DNA of 54,270 bases from an uncultured Methanosarcinales archaeon (lineage in GTDB: Archaea > Nanobdellota > Nanobdellia > Woesearchaeales > GW2011-AR9): positions 1 through 54,270 of the forward strand of contig CAYTOG010000001.1 in assembly GCA_964439765.1 (NCBI GenBank). The letters run 5' to 3'. Both the position numbers and the translations under genes were made by a program. Positions 14,885 to 23,947 of the stretch are shown here, piece after piece. Within the stretch, counting starts at the first letter, position 1. Every line of letters begins with the position of its first letter. The notes below the pieces were generated by a model that had not been told where the DNA came from, ran no database searches, and saw nothing but the letters and a program-made list of their open reading frames with translations.

Positions 14885-17683
14885 TTACTGTGCCCCTTTC
14901 CACAAATAATCAAAATATTTGCGATAACTGTCAAAGATTTGTTTATCTTCATTTATTGTGATTACTGTGTTTTCTGCCCAGATAATATTTGCCACCTTAT
15001 TCCCATACAAACAAATAACATGTGGACTGGAAAGTTCTGGAGGTAGAGTCTTATACTCATAATATTTTACTTTTGATCTGTCTTGCCCTTCGAAGAGATT
15101 CGCTATTAATTTTGTGTCTATTAAATCATGCCACATTATTTTTTTCTTTATTCTTTCTTTATTGAAGTTCTTCCACAACTGGGGAAAATATTTTGTAATG
15201 CCATCATTGCCACCAATGAACCATACTTCTTTTTCTTTTAATATGCCATTTAGGAAATGTTCTGCTGCGGCTTCCCCTTCAAGTGTTATTGTTCGTTGAT
15301 TCCATAAATGTTCAAAATTTTTCTTGAGATTTTCACAAAGTATATTTGATTTAATCTCAAAGGCAACCATCTCTTTTGTCCATAATAACATTAGTACTGT
15401 TCCATTAGGATACAAATTGAATTGCATTTGAGAAGACATGTTCGGCGGAAGAACTCTGACTGCACTGGATTTCATTTCAGGGTCACCAGTTTTGGTCATG
15501 CTGTCATACACTGCTTTTTCATTTTCAGCAGTACTTAATAAACGAACGTGCACATTTTGTTTGACTCGATCTTTATGATATTTCAAAAACCATTTCTTTA
15601 ATTTTGTTTTAGATTCTCCAAGTGATGCTCCAAGAACAAGATATTCCTCTTTTGGATTCATTTCATCTAGCATCGACCAAAATCTTTTCGTTACTTCTTC
15701 AAATCCCTTGTGTACAATCACATCTTGATTCCACTGCTGCTCAAACTGTTTCTGAAATGCAGAAGTTATTTCTTTATTATTGATGGTAATAGTTGTTGGT
15801 TCTTCTCCTTGAAGCATAATTAATGTCTTTTCTTTGTATGGATAAATACTCACTGGAGAAATGTTTTTGTATGGGAGAAATTTGATTTCTCCCTTATCAT
15901 AATTTGGTCTGTTTTTTTCAATCATAGTATCTGTTCCTTGCTGAAACAACCAACGAGCGTGAACATTTTTTTTCTTTCTACGCTTATGAAACTCAGTAAA
16001 TAGTTTAGCGTATTCTTCATTCTTTTCTTTCACTCCAAATGCTGCACCAAGGGCATCGAATGTGTCTCCAGGTTTTATACCATCAATAAATTCATTTAAT
16101 GTTTCAAGCAGTGCATCCCATCCTTTCACAACAATTGTATCTTGATTCCATAGCTGTTCGAATTGCTTTTGGAATGCTCCAGAAATCTCTTTATTATCAA
16201 TTGTGATTGTTGTTGGTTCTTCTCCTTGTAACATGATTAAAGTTTTCTCTTTGTATGGATAAATACTCACTGGAGAAATGTTTTTGTAGGGGAGAAATTT
16301 GATTTCGCCATTTTTATGCCTTAATTTACTCTTTTCAATTAACTCATTAGTTCCTTGTTGGAACAACCAACGTGCATGAATGTCTTTTTTTTGTCGTCGT
16401 TTATCAAATTCAGCAAATAGTTTGGCGTATTGCTCATTCTTCTCTTTTACTCCAAATGCTGCTCCAATTACATCAAATGAGTCTCCTTTCTTAATGCCAT
16501 CAACAAATTCATTTAAAGTTTCAAGCAGTGCATCCCACCCTTTCATAACTGTTGTATCTTGATTCCACAGTTGTTCAAAATGAACTTGTTGACTTCTTGC
16601 AGTATCTTCATCTTCAATCAAGAAAGCAGTAGGATTATCTGTGAAATTTGCGTGGATTACTTTATCATTAAAAATCAATGTGACTCCTGGATTTTCATAC
16701 CCTGGAATAAATTTAAAATTTGCATACGCTTTTGTCACACTAGGAAGATTTTTATGCTTACTCCCCATGATTATTCTTGAAACTACTTTGCGTTTTCTTT
16801 TTTCATTTTGCCATTTAATAAAAAAATTTTCGCCAAGTGTTTGCACAATTTTTCTTCCTTCCCCAAGTGCACAATACTCACCAAAATCTATTGTTTGCCA
16901 ATATAAATTTTTTAGTGCTTCTTTTCCTTCGAAAACTTTAATTTTTTGATTCCATACTCCTTCAAAACGCTCCCTCATTGTGTCTGCAAGACTTTGATTT
17001 GTTACTTGAATCCACAAACGGTCCTTTGGCATAGAGAACAACACTGTGTCCTTGTAGACTAACGTTGCAACTGTATTTCCCATTTGAGGGACCACTTTAA
17101 CTTTTGTTCTTAGCATCGCATCAAGAACTTTTACCATCTTTTGTAAACTTGGGCCAAACACTGCACGAAAATTAATTTTATGTTTTACACGTTTCTTATG
17201 AAACCTTATCAGAAAATTTTGAAACGTTTCATCGACATCAGAAAAACCCATGGCAATTAATTCATCACTTTTTTTACAAGAACTTAATATGTTATCAAAG
17301 GCAGTTTGAGCACCCTTCAATCCTTTGAACACAAGTGTTTCTGATTTATTTTCTGTCATCGCTTGTTTCATTTCAAGCTCTGGAAGCAACGCTTCAACAC
17401 TTTTGGTTTGTTCTTGAATTGTTTTTTCTTTTTCTTTGAGGTAATCTACAAGTCTTTTTGGAGAAGCTGCTTCGTAATGCTTGACACCACCTTTTATTAC
17501 AAAAGAAACAAGACCTTTTTGCATCAACTTTTCAAGAACTTCATAAATTTTTGAAGAAGCAGCCCCTGATTTCTCTACAACTGGGCCAGTGGAACTTGAC
17601 CCCAATTCTAGTAAGGCTAAGTATACTTTAATTTCAGACTTTGTGAGGCCAATATTCTCAAGTAAGTTGGTGATTTCTGGCAT
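14885..17683 (-). CDS. TrmB-family HTH regulator fused to six tandem ~130-140 aa effector-like modules
   Basis: The N-terminus 'LENIGLTKSEIKVYLALLELGSSSTGPVVEKSGAASSKIYEVLEKLMQKGLV' is a typical TrmB wHTH. Six successive modules each end in F(E/D)xLW(N/K)(Q/G). The start is taken at ATG 17683 because a TATA-like box lies inside the longer tracked ORF. Confidence 0.8.
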   Translation of the reverse strand: MPEITNLLENIGLTKSEIKVYLALLELGSSSTGPVVEKSGAASSKIYEVLEKLMQKGLVSFVIKGGVKHYEAASPKRLVDYLKEKEKTIQEQTKSVEALLPELEMKQAMTENKSETLVFKGLKGAQTAFDNILSSCKKSDELIAMGFSDVDETFQNFLIRFHKKRVKHKINFRAVFGPSLQKMVKVLDAMLRTKVKVVPQMGNTVATLVYKDTVLFSMPKDRLWIQVTNQSLADTMRERFEGVWNQKIKVFEGKEALKNLYWQTIDFGEYCALGEGRKIVQTLGENFFIKWQNEKRKRKVVSRIIMGSKHKNLPSVTKAYANFKFIPGYENPGVTLIFNDKVIHANFTDNPTAFLIEDEDTARSQQVHFEQLWNQDTTVMKGWDALLETLNEFVDGIKKGDSFDVIGAAFGVKEKNEQYAKLFAEFDKRRQKKDIHARWLFQQGTNELIEKSKLRHKNGEIKFLPYKNISPVSIYPYKEKTLIMLQGEEPTTITIDNKEISGAFQKQFEQLWNQDTIVVKGWDALLETLNEFIDGIKPGDTFDALGAAFGVKEKNEEYAKLFTEFHKRRKKKNVHARWLFQQGTDTMIEKNRPNYDKGEIKFLPYKNISPVSIYPYKEKTLIMLQGEEPTTITINNKEITSAFQKQFEQQWNQDVIVHKGFEEVTKRFWSMLDEMNPKEEYLVLGASLGESKTKLKKWFLKYHKDRVKQNVHVRLLSTAENEKAVYDSMTKTGDPEMKSSAVRVLPPNMSSQMQFNLYPNGTVLMLLWTKEMVAFEIKSNILCENLKKNFEHLWNQRTITLEGEAAAEHFLNGILKEKEVWFIGGNDGITKYFPQLWKNFNKERIKKKIMWHDLIDTKLIANLFEGQDRSKVKYYEYKTLPPELSSPHVICLYGNKVANIIWAENTVITINEDKQIFDSYRKYFDYLWKGAQ
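15722..16555. repeat. Near-identical tandem duplication (2 x 417 nt) inside the TrmB-like gene
   Basis: The phase marker 'atcttgattcca' recurs at 15722, 16139 and 16556, an exact 417-nt period (139 codons). The encoded modules are almost identical (...KGWDALLETLNEF(V/I)DGIK...EIKFLPYKNISPVSIYPYKEKTLIMLQGEEPTTITI...). Confidence 0.9.
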
Positions 17684-17704
17684 GTTGTGAATATAGCTAT
17701 TTTC

Positions 17705-17712
17705 AATATAAA
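17705..17712 (-). promoter_or_regulatory. TATA-like box for the TrmB-like gene
   Basis: The minus strand reads TTTATATT, ending ~21 nt upstream of ATG 17683. Confidence 0.4.
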
Positions 17713-17824
17713 TCTTTGTATTTCTCCCCCTCACGGGTTAGGCAATGTTTATATTGTTTATTGAGAGAATGTTCACTATTAGATAATAGTTAATGTCTAA
17801 ATAAGCAAAAAAAGAGATAGAAAC

Positions 17825-18490
17825 ATGAAAAATGGAATTGCCAAATTACTTACATTAGGAACACTTGCATGGCCAGCAGTTATGCCTGGAGTTGCAAACG
17901 CAGGAGGACAGGTAGATCTTGTTCCAAACACAAGCGGATTATTAGTAGATGTTGTTGCTCTTGGTAAAACACCAGGAGACGTTTACACAGGAGGATTTTG
18001 TCGAGCCCGTGCAATGCACACCTGGGCAGAAGAAGGAGATAATGTTTTCATGCTTTGTGAAGGAAGCGTTGGTTACAAAGGAGTTTCTCTTGGATTGCAA
18101 GAGAGGTTTATGGCTTCCGCTGATTACCAAGTTGCACCATTTGCAGGACTTGGTTTGAAAGGAAAAGTTGACGTTGGAGAACACGAACTTTCTGGATCCG
18201 CTTCATTTGGGGCATCTCTTCCAGACCCAACAGGAGTTTTAGAATTACGTTTAGCAGGATCTGCAGATATTGAAAGTTCTAGATGGTATGTTCCAAATAC
18301 AGTTGAAGCTGAAAGTTTTACCTGGAGAAAAGCAGAAGGTATTTCACCTGAAGGATTTAGTGGAGCTGAAAGAGCATTTGTTGGTTATAGTCTTGGTGGA
18401 CTTACTTTTGGCCCATCTTTAGAAGTTGATTGGTCTGTAAATGAAGGCGCTAAGTTTGCCCCAGGATTGAAAATTCGGTATGGAGAATAA
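17825..18490 (+). CDS. Secreted Gly-rich, beta-strand-rich protein of unknown function (compositionally foreign)
   Basis: Signal-peptide-like N-terminus (KLLTLGTLAWPAVMPGVANA) with alternating hydrophobic/polar segments. The line 17881-17940 spot-counts 29/60 G+C, far above the backbone. Confidence 0.55.
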   Translation: MKNGIAKLLTLGTLAWPAVMPGVANAGGQVDLVPNTSGLLVDVVALGKTPGDVYTGGFCRARAMHTWAEEGDNVFMLCEGSVGYKGVSLGLQERFMASADYQVAPFAGLGLKGKVDVGEHELSGSASFGASLPDPTGVLELRLAGSADIESSRWYVPNTVEAESFTWRKAEGISPEGFSGAERAFVGYSLGGLTFGPSLEVDWSVNEGAKFAPGLKIRYGE

Positions 18491-18517
18491 TTGTTTTATT
18501 TTTTTCTTTTTTAAATT

Positions 18518-19252
18518 TTAAATGCCATATTGGTGCAAAACCATTTTTCTTGGATTAAGATCATCAATAAGAGTTGCCACAGTTCTTCTTTTTTCATCTA
18601 AAAATAGATGGTTTGTTCCACAGAGGTGAACTACTTTTCCTAAATCCACTCCCATTAATTCTCGAAGCCGTCTTGCTGGACCTACTTCTCTTGCCCCATC
18701 CATAAACCTTTGCATATCAAGATATTGAGTTTGCTCCATTATATCCCCTCTTGTAAGCATCCCACTATGTCTCCGGTAATTCACCATTATCTCTTCTTGT
18801 GTTTCCATCCTTTGACCCATTCCCTCTAACATAGACAAAAATGACTGTGAACCATCATAAATTTGTTCAACAATACGAAGATTGTTTACAATTATATTTT
18901 GAATTTCAGTTTCTTCTATTGGCTCAACTGGAATTCCCACCCGCCGGTGATATTCTAAAGCTATCCGAGGTTCATAGAATTGAACTTTTGAAAGAAATGT
19001 TAAAGATTCTATGCGTTCTTGGAGGGGAAGCCGCCTCATCTTTTTACGAATTTTATCTGCAAACAAATCATATTCAGATTTTCTTTCTTTTTTCTTGCGC
19101 CCTTCTTTTGGACGAAGAAAATCTAACACAGCAGCACTTGTTTCAAGGGTGATATAATCTGGGCGTTCGATTTCAAGTGCATGAGCTAATCTTTCTGCAC
19201 CAGAACGATCAAAATGATTTAATCCGATTAGTACTAATTCTGCCATATTCAA
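18518..19252 (-). CDS. Possible TraB/GumN-family protein
   Basis: N-terminal 'LVLIGLNHFDRSGAERLAHALEIERPDYITLE' and C-terminal 'VHLCGTNHL' resemble the GTAH...PD.VavE and GAGHL motifs of the TraB family. The match is weak. Confidence 0.4.
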   Translation of the reverse strand: MNMAELVLIGLNHFDRSGAERLAHALEIERPDYITLETSAAVLDFLRPKEGRKKKERKSEYDLFADKIRKKMRRLPLQERIESLTFLSKVQFYEPRIALEYHRRVGIPVEPIEETEIQNIIVNNLRIVEQIYDGSQSFLSMLEGMGQRMETQEEIMVNYRRHSGMLTRGDIMEQTQYLDMQRFMDGAREVGPARRLRELMGVDLGKVVHLCGTNHLFLDEKRRTVATLIDDLNPRKMVLHQYGI

Positions 19253-19363
19253 ATACTACTCTTTAATTTTAATCACCCAAGAACACCAATAATACTAATT
19301 TTTGTATCTGAAGATATAAGTCTTGTGGAAACATTTAAATACGTTGAGTCTACAAAGCAGATT

Positions 19364-19501
19364 ATGTCTACAAAGTCTACAACTATTCGAATAGACCATT
19401 CTACAAAAAAGAAACTTGATAAATTAGATTTTGTTAGAAAAGATACTTTTGATGATATTCTAAACAAACTCATTAAATTTTATGAAAAGAATAAAAAATG
19501 A
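19364..19501 (+). CDS. Small RHH-like protein (45 aa, not in ORF track)
   Basis: Manual translation gives MSTKSTTIRIDHSTKKKLDKLDFVRKDTFDDILNKLIKFYEKNKK*, a CopG-like strand-helix-helix pattern. It has an ATGA overlap with the next gene. The tracked antisense ORF 19273..19473 is rejected in its favour. Confidence 0.5.
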   Translation: MSTKSTTIRIDHSTKKKLDKLDFVRKDTFDDILNKLIKFYEKNKK

Positions 19502-21816
19502 AATATACACAAAAACAAGTAAAAACTTTATTCATTTACCTAGTTATTATTATTCTTAGTTCAACTTTTATTCTTGCAGCGACACCATCCATTGGATCAA
19601 TTGTATTAAATTCAACAGATGGATCTAATTTTACAACAGTTAACCTAACTGCATATCCAATAACTCTTTCAGATGGGGCAAATGTGATTTATGACTGGAA
19701 ATTAAATGATAGTTCTATTAAATTATTTGAGATGCCAATGGATGGTGGCACTTTATGTGATAATGGTGGAACAGCAACTGTTTGTGAATATATTTATGGC
19801 AGAAACGCTTCAGTTGAGGGTGCCCCAACATATTCTTCTACTGCTGGGTACGGGGGGACTGGAGTTTATACATTTGATGGCAACAACGATTATTTGGATG
19901 TTCATCCAGACCTCTCCCTCACGAATAGTTTTTCCATAACTGGGTGGGTAAAACGATCAAATGCTGGAGGCAATGTTGATACGATTTTCTCAACAAGAGA
20001 AGGAGGAGGGACTAATCAAAATGTTTTTCTTAGTTTTACGACTAGCAACTATTTTAGATTTGGTTTTCAAAATAATAATTTAAACTCAAATAGCCAATTT
20101 ACAAGCACAACTGAATGGTATTTTTTTGCTGCAACATATGATTGGGATACCAATGATCGAAGAATTTACATAGATGGGGGATTCGATAAAGGAGACACAT
20201 CACTTCTGGACCCTGATTTAGATGTGTCTGGAGATACTTATATTGGGGCGTTTGTTGGCGGAGCTGGTGCCACTGACCATTACAGAGGAGAAATTGATGA
20301 CATTATTGTTTGGAACAGAACTTTAACACCAGAACAAATTGAAGCACTTTATCTTAACAGAACAGACTTAATTTCATTTAATGAAACTTCAAATGATGAT
20401 GTCTGGTCAGTTTGTGGTATTCCAAATAACAACTCTGAAAATGGAACTGCTATTTGCAGTAATAGTTTAACAGTACAAGCAGATACAACTAATCCATTAA
20501 TTGACATTAGTTCTCCGACTAATAACACAAATACTAGTGTTAACACCCTAAATATCAATTATACTGTAACAGATAACATTGCAATCGATTCTTGTTGGTA
20601 TTCTAATGACACTATGCTAAGTAATACAACACTTGCAGACTGCGAGACAAACATTACAACAATAACTTGGGGCGAAGGAGAACATAATGTTACAGTGTGG
20701 GCCAATGACACTTCTGGAAATGAAAATAGTTCCAGTGTGACTTTTACTATAGATAGCACTGGCCCAACATTTACCACCATTGCAAATCAAACTATTGCAT
20801 CTACTGACGACTTAGGTTATCAAATAGAAGCTACAGATGCATTTGGAGTTAGTTGCTTTAACGTTAATGACACTACAAACTTTCAAATCAACTGTTCGGG
20901 ATACTTGGAAAACAATACTGCTTTAAGTGCAGGAGTGTATAATCTTAATATCACAGTTAATGATACTCTTGGAAATAATAATTCTGCGACAATGTGGGTC
21001 GAGGTAACTGCACCTGCAACTACAGAAACTACCACAACAACTACAACTACTTCAAGTTCAGGTGGTGGTGGATCAACCGGTTCTTCCGGAGCAATTTCCA
21101 GTACAACTAGTAGTTCACACCAGGAAGTTTGGGCATCAATCTATGAGGGCGAAACTGCTGAAGTTGAAATTAATAACGAAATCATTTCTATAACTAGTGT
21201 TGACTTTGAGGTCACAGAAGACGTTTATGGGCCTTGGATTAAAGTCGAACTACAAGAAAGCGAAGACCTTCCAAGTGATGTTGATGAGATGGATGTTACT
21301 GTTCAGAGTTATTACTATGTGCAAACAGGTCTTACTCTAACCAATGACGTAATTGAAAACGTTGACTTTGAATTTCAAGTGGAACTAGATTGGTTTGAAG
21401 AAAATGATCTTAGTGCAACAGAAATTGCAATGCATCACTTCGATGAAAACACTGGAGTTTGGAGTGAGCTTGTAACGGTTCACACAGGTAGCGATGAGAC
21501 TTTTGAGTATTATACAGCAGAAGCTGAAGGATTCAGTTACTTTGCTGTAGCTCAAGCAAGTGACACTATAGAATCTCTTGTAAGTTCTGTTTCGGTGGAA
21601 ACTGAAGCAATAAGTGAAATTGAAGAAGTTGAAGCTGAAGAAGAAATTGTTGAAGAAACAATTGAAGTTGAACAAACTTTTTTAGAAGGCACAATTGCTA
21701 AATTGTCTTGGTTAGCTATTGTGATTCTTACTATGCTCTTTGTTGTTGTAGTTATTTTAAGAGAAAAGAAAGGGAAACCTGTTTCTAAAAAGAAAAAGTG
21801 TAAAAAGAAAAAGTAG
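19498..21816 (+). CDS. Cell-surface glycoprotein-like protein: signal/TM anchor, LamG (concanavalin-A-like) domain, Ig-like repeats, Thr/Ser/Gly linker, PGF-pre-PGF-like domain, C-terminal TM anchor
   Basis: 'YTFDGNNDYLDV...FSITGWVKR...FFAATYD...RIYIDG...GEIDDIIVWNRTLTPEQIEALY' fits the LamG pattern. It has many N-x-S/T sequons, the linker 'TTETTTTTTTTSSSGGGGSTGSSG', and a C-terminal 'LSWLAIVILTMLFVVVVIL' followed by a Lys-rich tail. Confidence 0.7.
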   Translation: MKYTQKQVKTLFIYLVIIILSSTFILAATPSIGSIVLNSTDGSNFTTVNLTAYPITLSDGANVIYDWKLNDSSIKLFEMPMDGGTLCDNGGTATVCEYIYGRNASVEGAPTYSSTAGYGGTGVYTFDGNNDYLDVHPDLSLTNSFSITGWVKRSNAGGNVDTIFSTREGGGTNQNVFLSFTTSNYFRFGFQNNNLNSNSQFTSTTEWYFFAATYDWDTNDRRIYIDGGFDKGDTSLLDPDLDVSGDTYIGAFVGGAGATDHYRGEIDDIIVWNRTLTPEQIEALYLNRTDLISFNETSNDDVWSVCGIPNNNSENGTAICSNSLTVQADTTNPLIDISSPTNNTNTSVNTLNINYTVTDNIAIDSCWYSNDTMLSNTTLADCETNITTITWGEGEHNVTVWANDTSGNENSSSVTFTIDSTGPTFTTIANQTIASTDDLGYQIEATDAFGVSCFNVNDTTNFQINCSGYLENNTALSAGVYNLNITVNDTLGNNNSATMWVEVTAPATTETTTTTTTTSSSGGGGSTGSSGAISSTTSSSHQEVWASIYEGETAEVEINNEIISITSVDFEVTEDVYGPWIKVELQESEDLPSDVDEMDVTVQSYYYVQTGLTLTNDVIENVDFEFQVELDWFEENDLSATEIAMHHFDENTGVWSELVTVHTGSDETFEYYTAEAEGFSYFAVAQASDTIESLVSSVSVETEAISEIEEVEAEEEIVEETIEVEQTFLEGTIAKLSWLAIVILTMLFVVVVILREKKGKPVSKKKKCKKKK

Positions 21817-21830
21817 CCCCTCGCGGAGCA
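21807..21830. repeat. Degenerate third copy of the tRNA-Gln att core
   Basis: 'gaaaaagtagcccctcgcggagca' matches 23831-23854 'gagaaagtagccccgcgcggagca' at 22 of 24 positions. It overlaps the stop codon of the surface-protein gene. Confidence 0.6.
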
Positions 21831-21839
21831 AATGAACTA

Positions 21840-23753
21840 TTATTCTTGTTCTATTGTTTCTTCTGAACTTTCATCATTTGATTCACTTTCAGAATCATCA
21901 CTCTCAGAACCACTATCACCTGATTCACTAGAATCTTCTGTTTCTGTACTTTCAGAATCTGCCCCATTGTCGTCAGATTCTTCCTCTTCTGATCCCTCAT
22001 CACTACTTTCAGATTCTTCAGAACTATCATCTTCAGAAGATGCTTCTTCACTTTCAGAACTTCCTGAATCAGAATCATCTGAACTAGACGGTGGCCCATT
22101 TTCACCATAACCTAAACAAACACACTGATCGTTTACACAGTCAGTATTTTGATCACCACATTCTTGTTCACAACCATCTGAACATTCACTGTATGGATAT
22201 TCTACACACTCACCATATTCGCAGTAAGTATTTTCTGGACAAAGAATGACATCACAACCTTCCGTCCAATCATCTGTCTCCTTTTCTTCATATTCCTCTT
22301 CTTCCTCATATTGTCCAAAGTCAATACAAGTTAGGTCTACTGGACATTCATAACCATCGCCTGAATCGCCCATGATTGGTTCATCTCCCGCATTATCTCC
22401 ATACAGGTCCCGACATTCAGCTTTCTTAACTGACCAATCTTCTTCAGTCATACAATTACCACTATCACCATATTGTCCAAAGTCAATACAGATTATATCA
22501 ATTGAACATTCATAACCATCACCCGAATCCCCCATAATTGGTTCATCTCCCGCATTATCTCCATACAGATCTCGACATTCAGCTTTCTTAACTGACCAAT
22601 CCTCCTCAGTCATACAAGGGCCATCATAATTTTCATTGTCGTAGCCATCATAGCCACTAACTTGCATTGCTGCTTTATCATAACAATCTAATCGCTCCAT
22701 AGAATCTTCAATTTCTTGACAATCAAAATCAATGTAGAAATTATTTTCTTCATTAACTTCACCATAGAAATCGTCATAGAAATCGTCACATTCACTTTGG
22801 TCCGTAATCCCTGCTTCAACACATTCTGGAGAGTATATTTCCATCATTATTTTATCACAGATTTCTCTGCCTTCCTCCTCTGTTGAGACATCTGCTTCTA
22901 GTATTGCATCTTTGCATTCTTCGGGAGTATGCATGTCATACTGAGATTCTTTAATATCATCTTCTAAGTCATCAAAAACCTCTTGCAAATGTTCTGGTAG
23001 CTCTGGCATTTCTATTTCATTTAATAAGTCACACGCTTCTTCATCTCCTTCAATATCACATGCAACAGCGAGTGGTGCTGCCTTAGAACAAACATCTGCA
23101 AATTCATCGAATGGTATCTCTTCGCATCTACAATCTTGCCCTGATGTTTCAAAACATTCAGACATTATTTCTCCAAAATTTTTTGCTTCAGCAATTTGTT
23201 CATTTGTTAAATCTTCATCTAATTCTTGTAACCACTTAGGAGAATCGTCATCTGTTTTACAAATCTCATAATATTGAACTGGATCCAACTCTGATAATTC
23301 TCTGCATAATTCATTGATCTTATCTGCTATTTCAGCTGCAGTTGCAATATCACTTTCTTGATTTATTATATCATCTACAAATTCTTCTTTGTAGTCTTCA
23401 TGGATCTGTGATTCTAAATCATTTAACACTTGCTCAATTAAAGCAGCACTTTCAATAACTTCTTCTTTTCTTTCTGGAGATACTTCTTGTTCTAACTTTT
23501 CTGCATAATCATAATACCCTTCTAGTGCAATTTTTGCAGATTCATAATCTTCATTTTCAACCATTAATTTGATTTCAGCTACTCTTTCTTCTTTAACTGT
23601 AAGTTCATCACCAAATTGATCAAAGAATTGGTCTATAAAATAAAGTGAACTGTCTGGAGCAATACCACCATCAGTTAATTGTAAATCATCTTCAGCAGAC
23701 ACAGACATTACTAATAAACTTAAGATTAGAATAACCATCAACAACTTTTTCAT
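21840..23753 (-). CDS. Secreted, very acidic Cys-rich protein with internal 54-aa tandem repeat and Ser/Asp/Glu tail
   Basis: Signal peptide MKKLLMVILILSLLVMSVSA. The block 'CMTEEDWSVKKAECRDLYGDNAGDEPIMGDSGDGYEC' is duplicated. The C-terminal ~90 aa are almost entirely S/D/E. Confidence 0.7.
   Translation of the reverse strand: MKKLLMVILILSLLVMSVSAEDDLQLTDGGIAPDSSLYFIDQFFDQFGDELTVKEERVAEIKLMVENEDYESAKIALEGYYDYAEKLEQEVSPERKEEVIESAALIEQVLNDLESQIHEDYKEEFVDDIINQESDIATAAEIADKINELCRELSELDPVQYYEICKTDDDSPKWLQELDEDLTNEQIAEAKNFGEIMSECFETSGQDCRCEEIPFDEFADVCSKAAPLAVACDIEGDEEACDLLNEIEMPELPEHLQEVFDDLEDDIKESQYDMHTPEECKDAILEADVSTEEEGREICDKIMMEIYSPECVEAGITDQSECDDFYDDFYGEVNEENNFYIDFDCQEIEDSMERLDCYDKAAMQVSGYDGYDNENYDGPCMTEEDWSVKKAECRDLYGDNAGDEPIMGDSGDGYECSIDIICIDFGQYGDSGNCMTEEDWSVKKAECRDLYGDNAGDEPIMGDSGDGYECPVDLTCIDFGQYEEEEEYEEKETDDWTEGCDVILCPENTYCEYGECVEYPYSECSDGCEQECGDQNTDCVNDQCVCLGYGENGPPSSSDDSDSGSSESEEASSEDDSSEESESSDEGSEEEESDDNGADSESTETEDSSESGDSGSESDDSESESNDESSEETIEQE
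22311..22617. repeat. Tandem 162-nt repeat within the acidic secreted-protein gene
   Basis: 'ttgtccaaagtcaataca' begins at 22311 and 22473 (period 162 nt). The following ~145 nt are highly similar between copies. Confidence 0.85.
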
Positions 23754-23826
23754 TTTTATAACCTCTTTTTGATCAATTTGGTTAGTTATTAGTATAAAGA
23801 ATCATAAGTATAAAAATATTCCTTGG

Positions 23827-23851
23827 AAAAGAGAAAGTAGCCCCGCGCGGA
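23827..23851. repeat. attL: displaced 3' end of tRNA-Gln
   Basis: Identical to 36097-36121. It contains the last 14 nt of the tRNA (tagccccgcgcgga on the plus strand) plus 11 nt of downstream flank. Confidence 0.85.
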
Positions 23852-23947
23852 GCATGGTAACTTCTGTCCCTTTTTCTAGGACTTTTTCCCCAGGGGTTGA
23901 TGTATTAGCAAAAACACCCTTAAGTTCTGAATGTTTCCAATGAAACA

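Noticed and set aside
19273-19473. 66-aa minus-strand ORF from the track
   Set aside because: The opposite strand encodes a 45-aa RHH-like ORF with an ATGA overlap to the downstream gene, which is a more coherent explanation of the same DNA.
21832-22110. Plus-strand 92-aa Ser-rich ORF, and a minus-strand 85-aa ORF at 21851-22108
   Set aside because: Both lie entirely within or antisense to the S/D/E-rich tail of the 637-aa secreted protein gene. The low-complexity repeats keep alternative frames open, so these are shadow ORFs.
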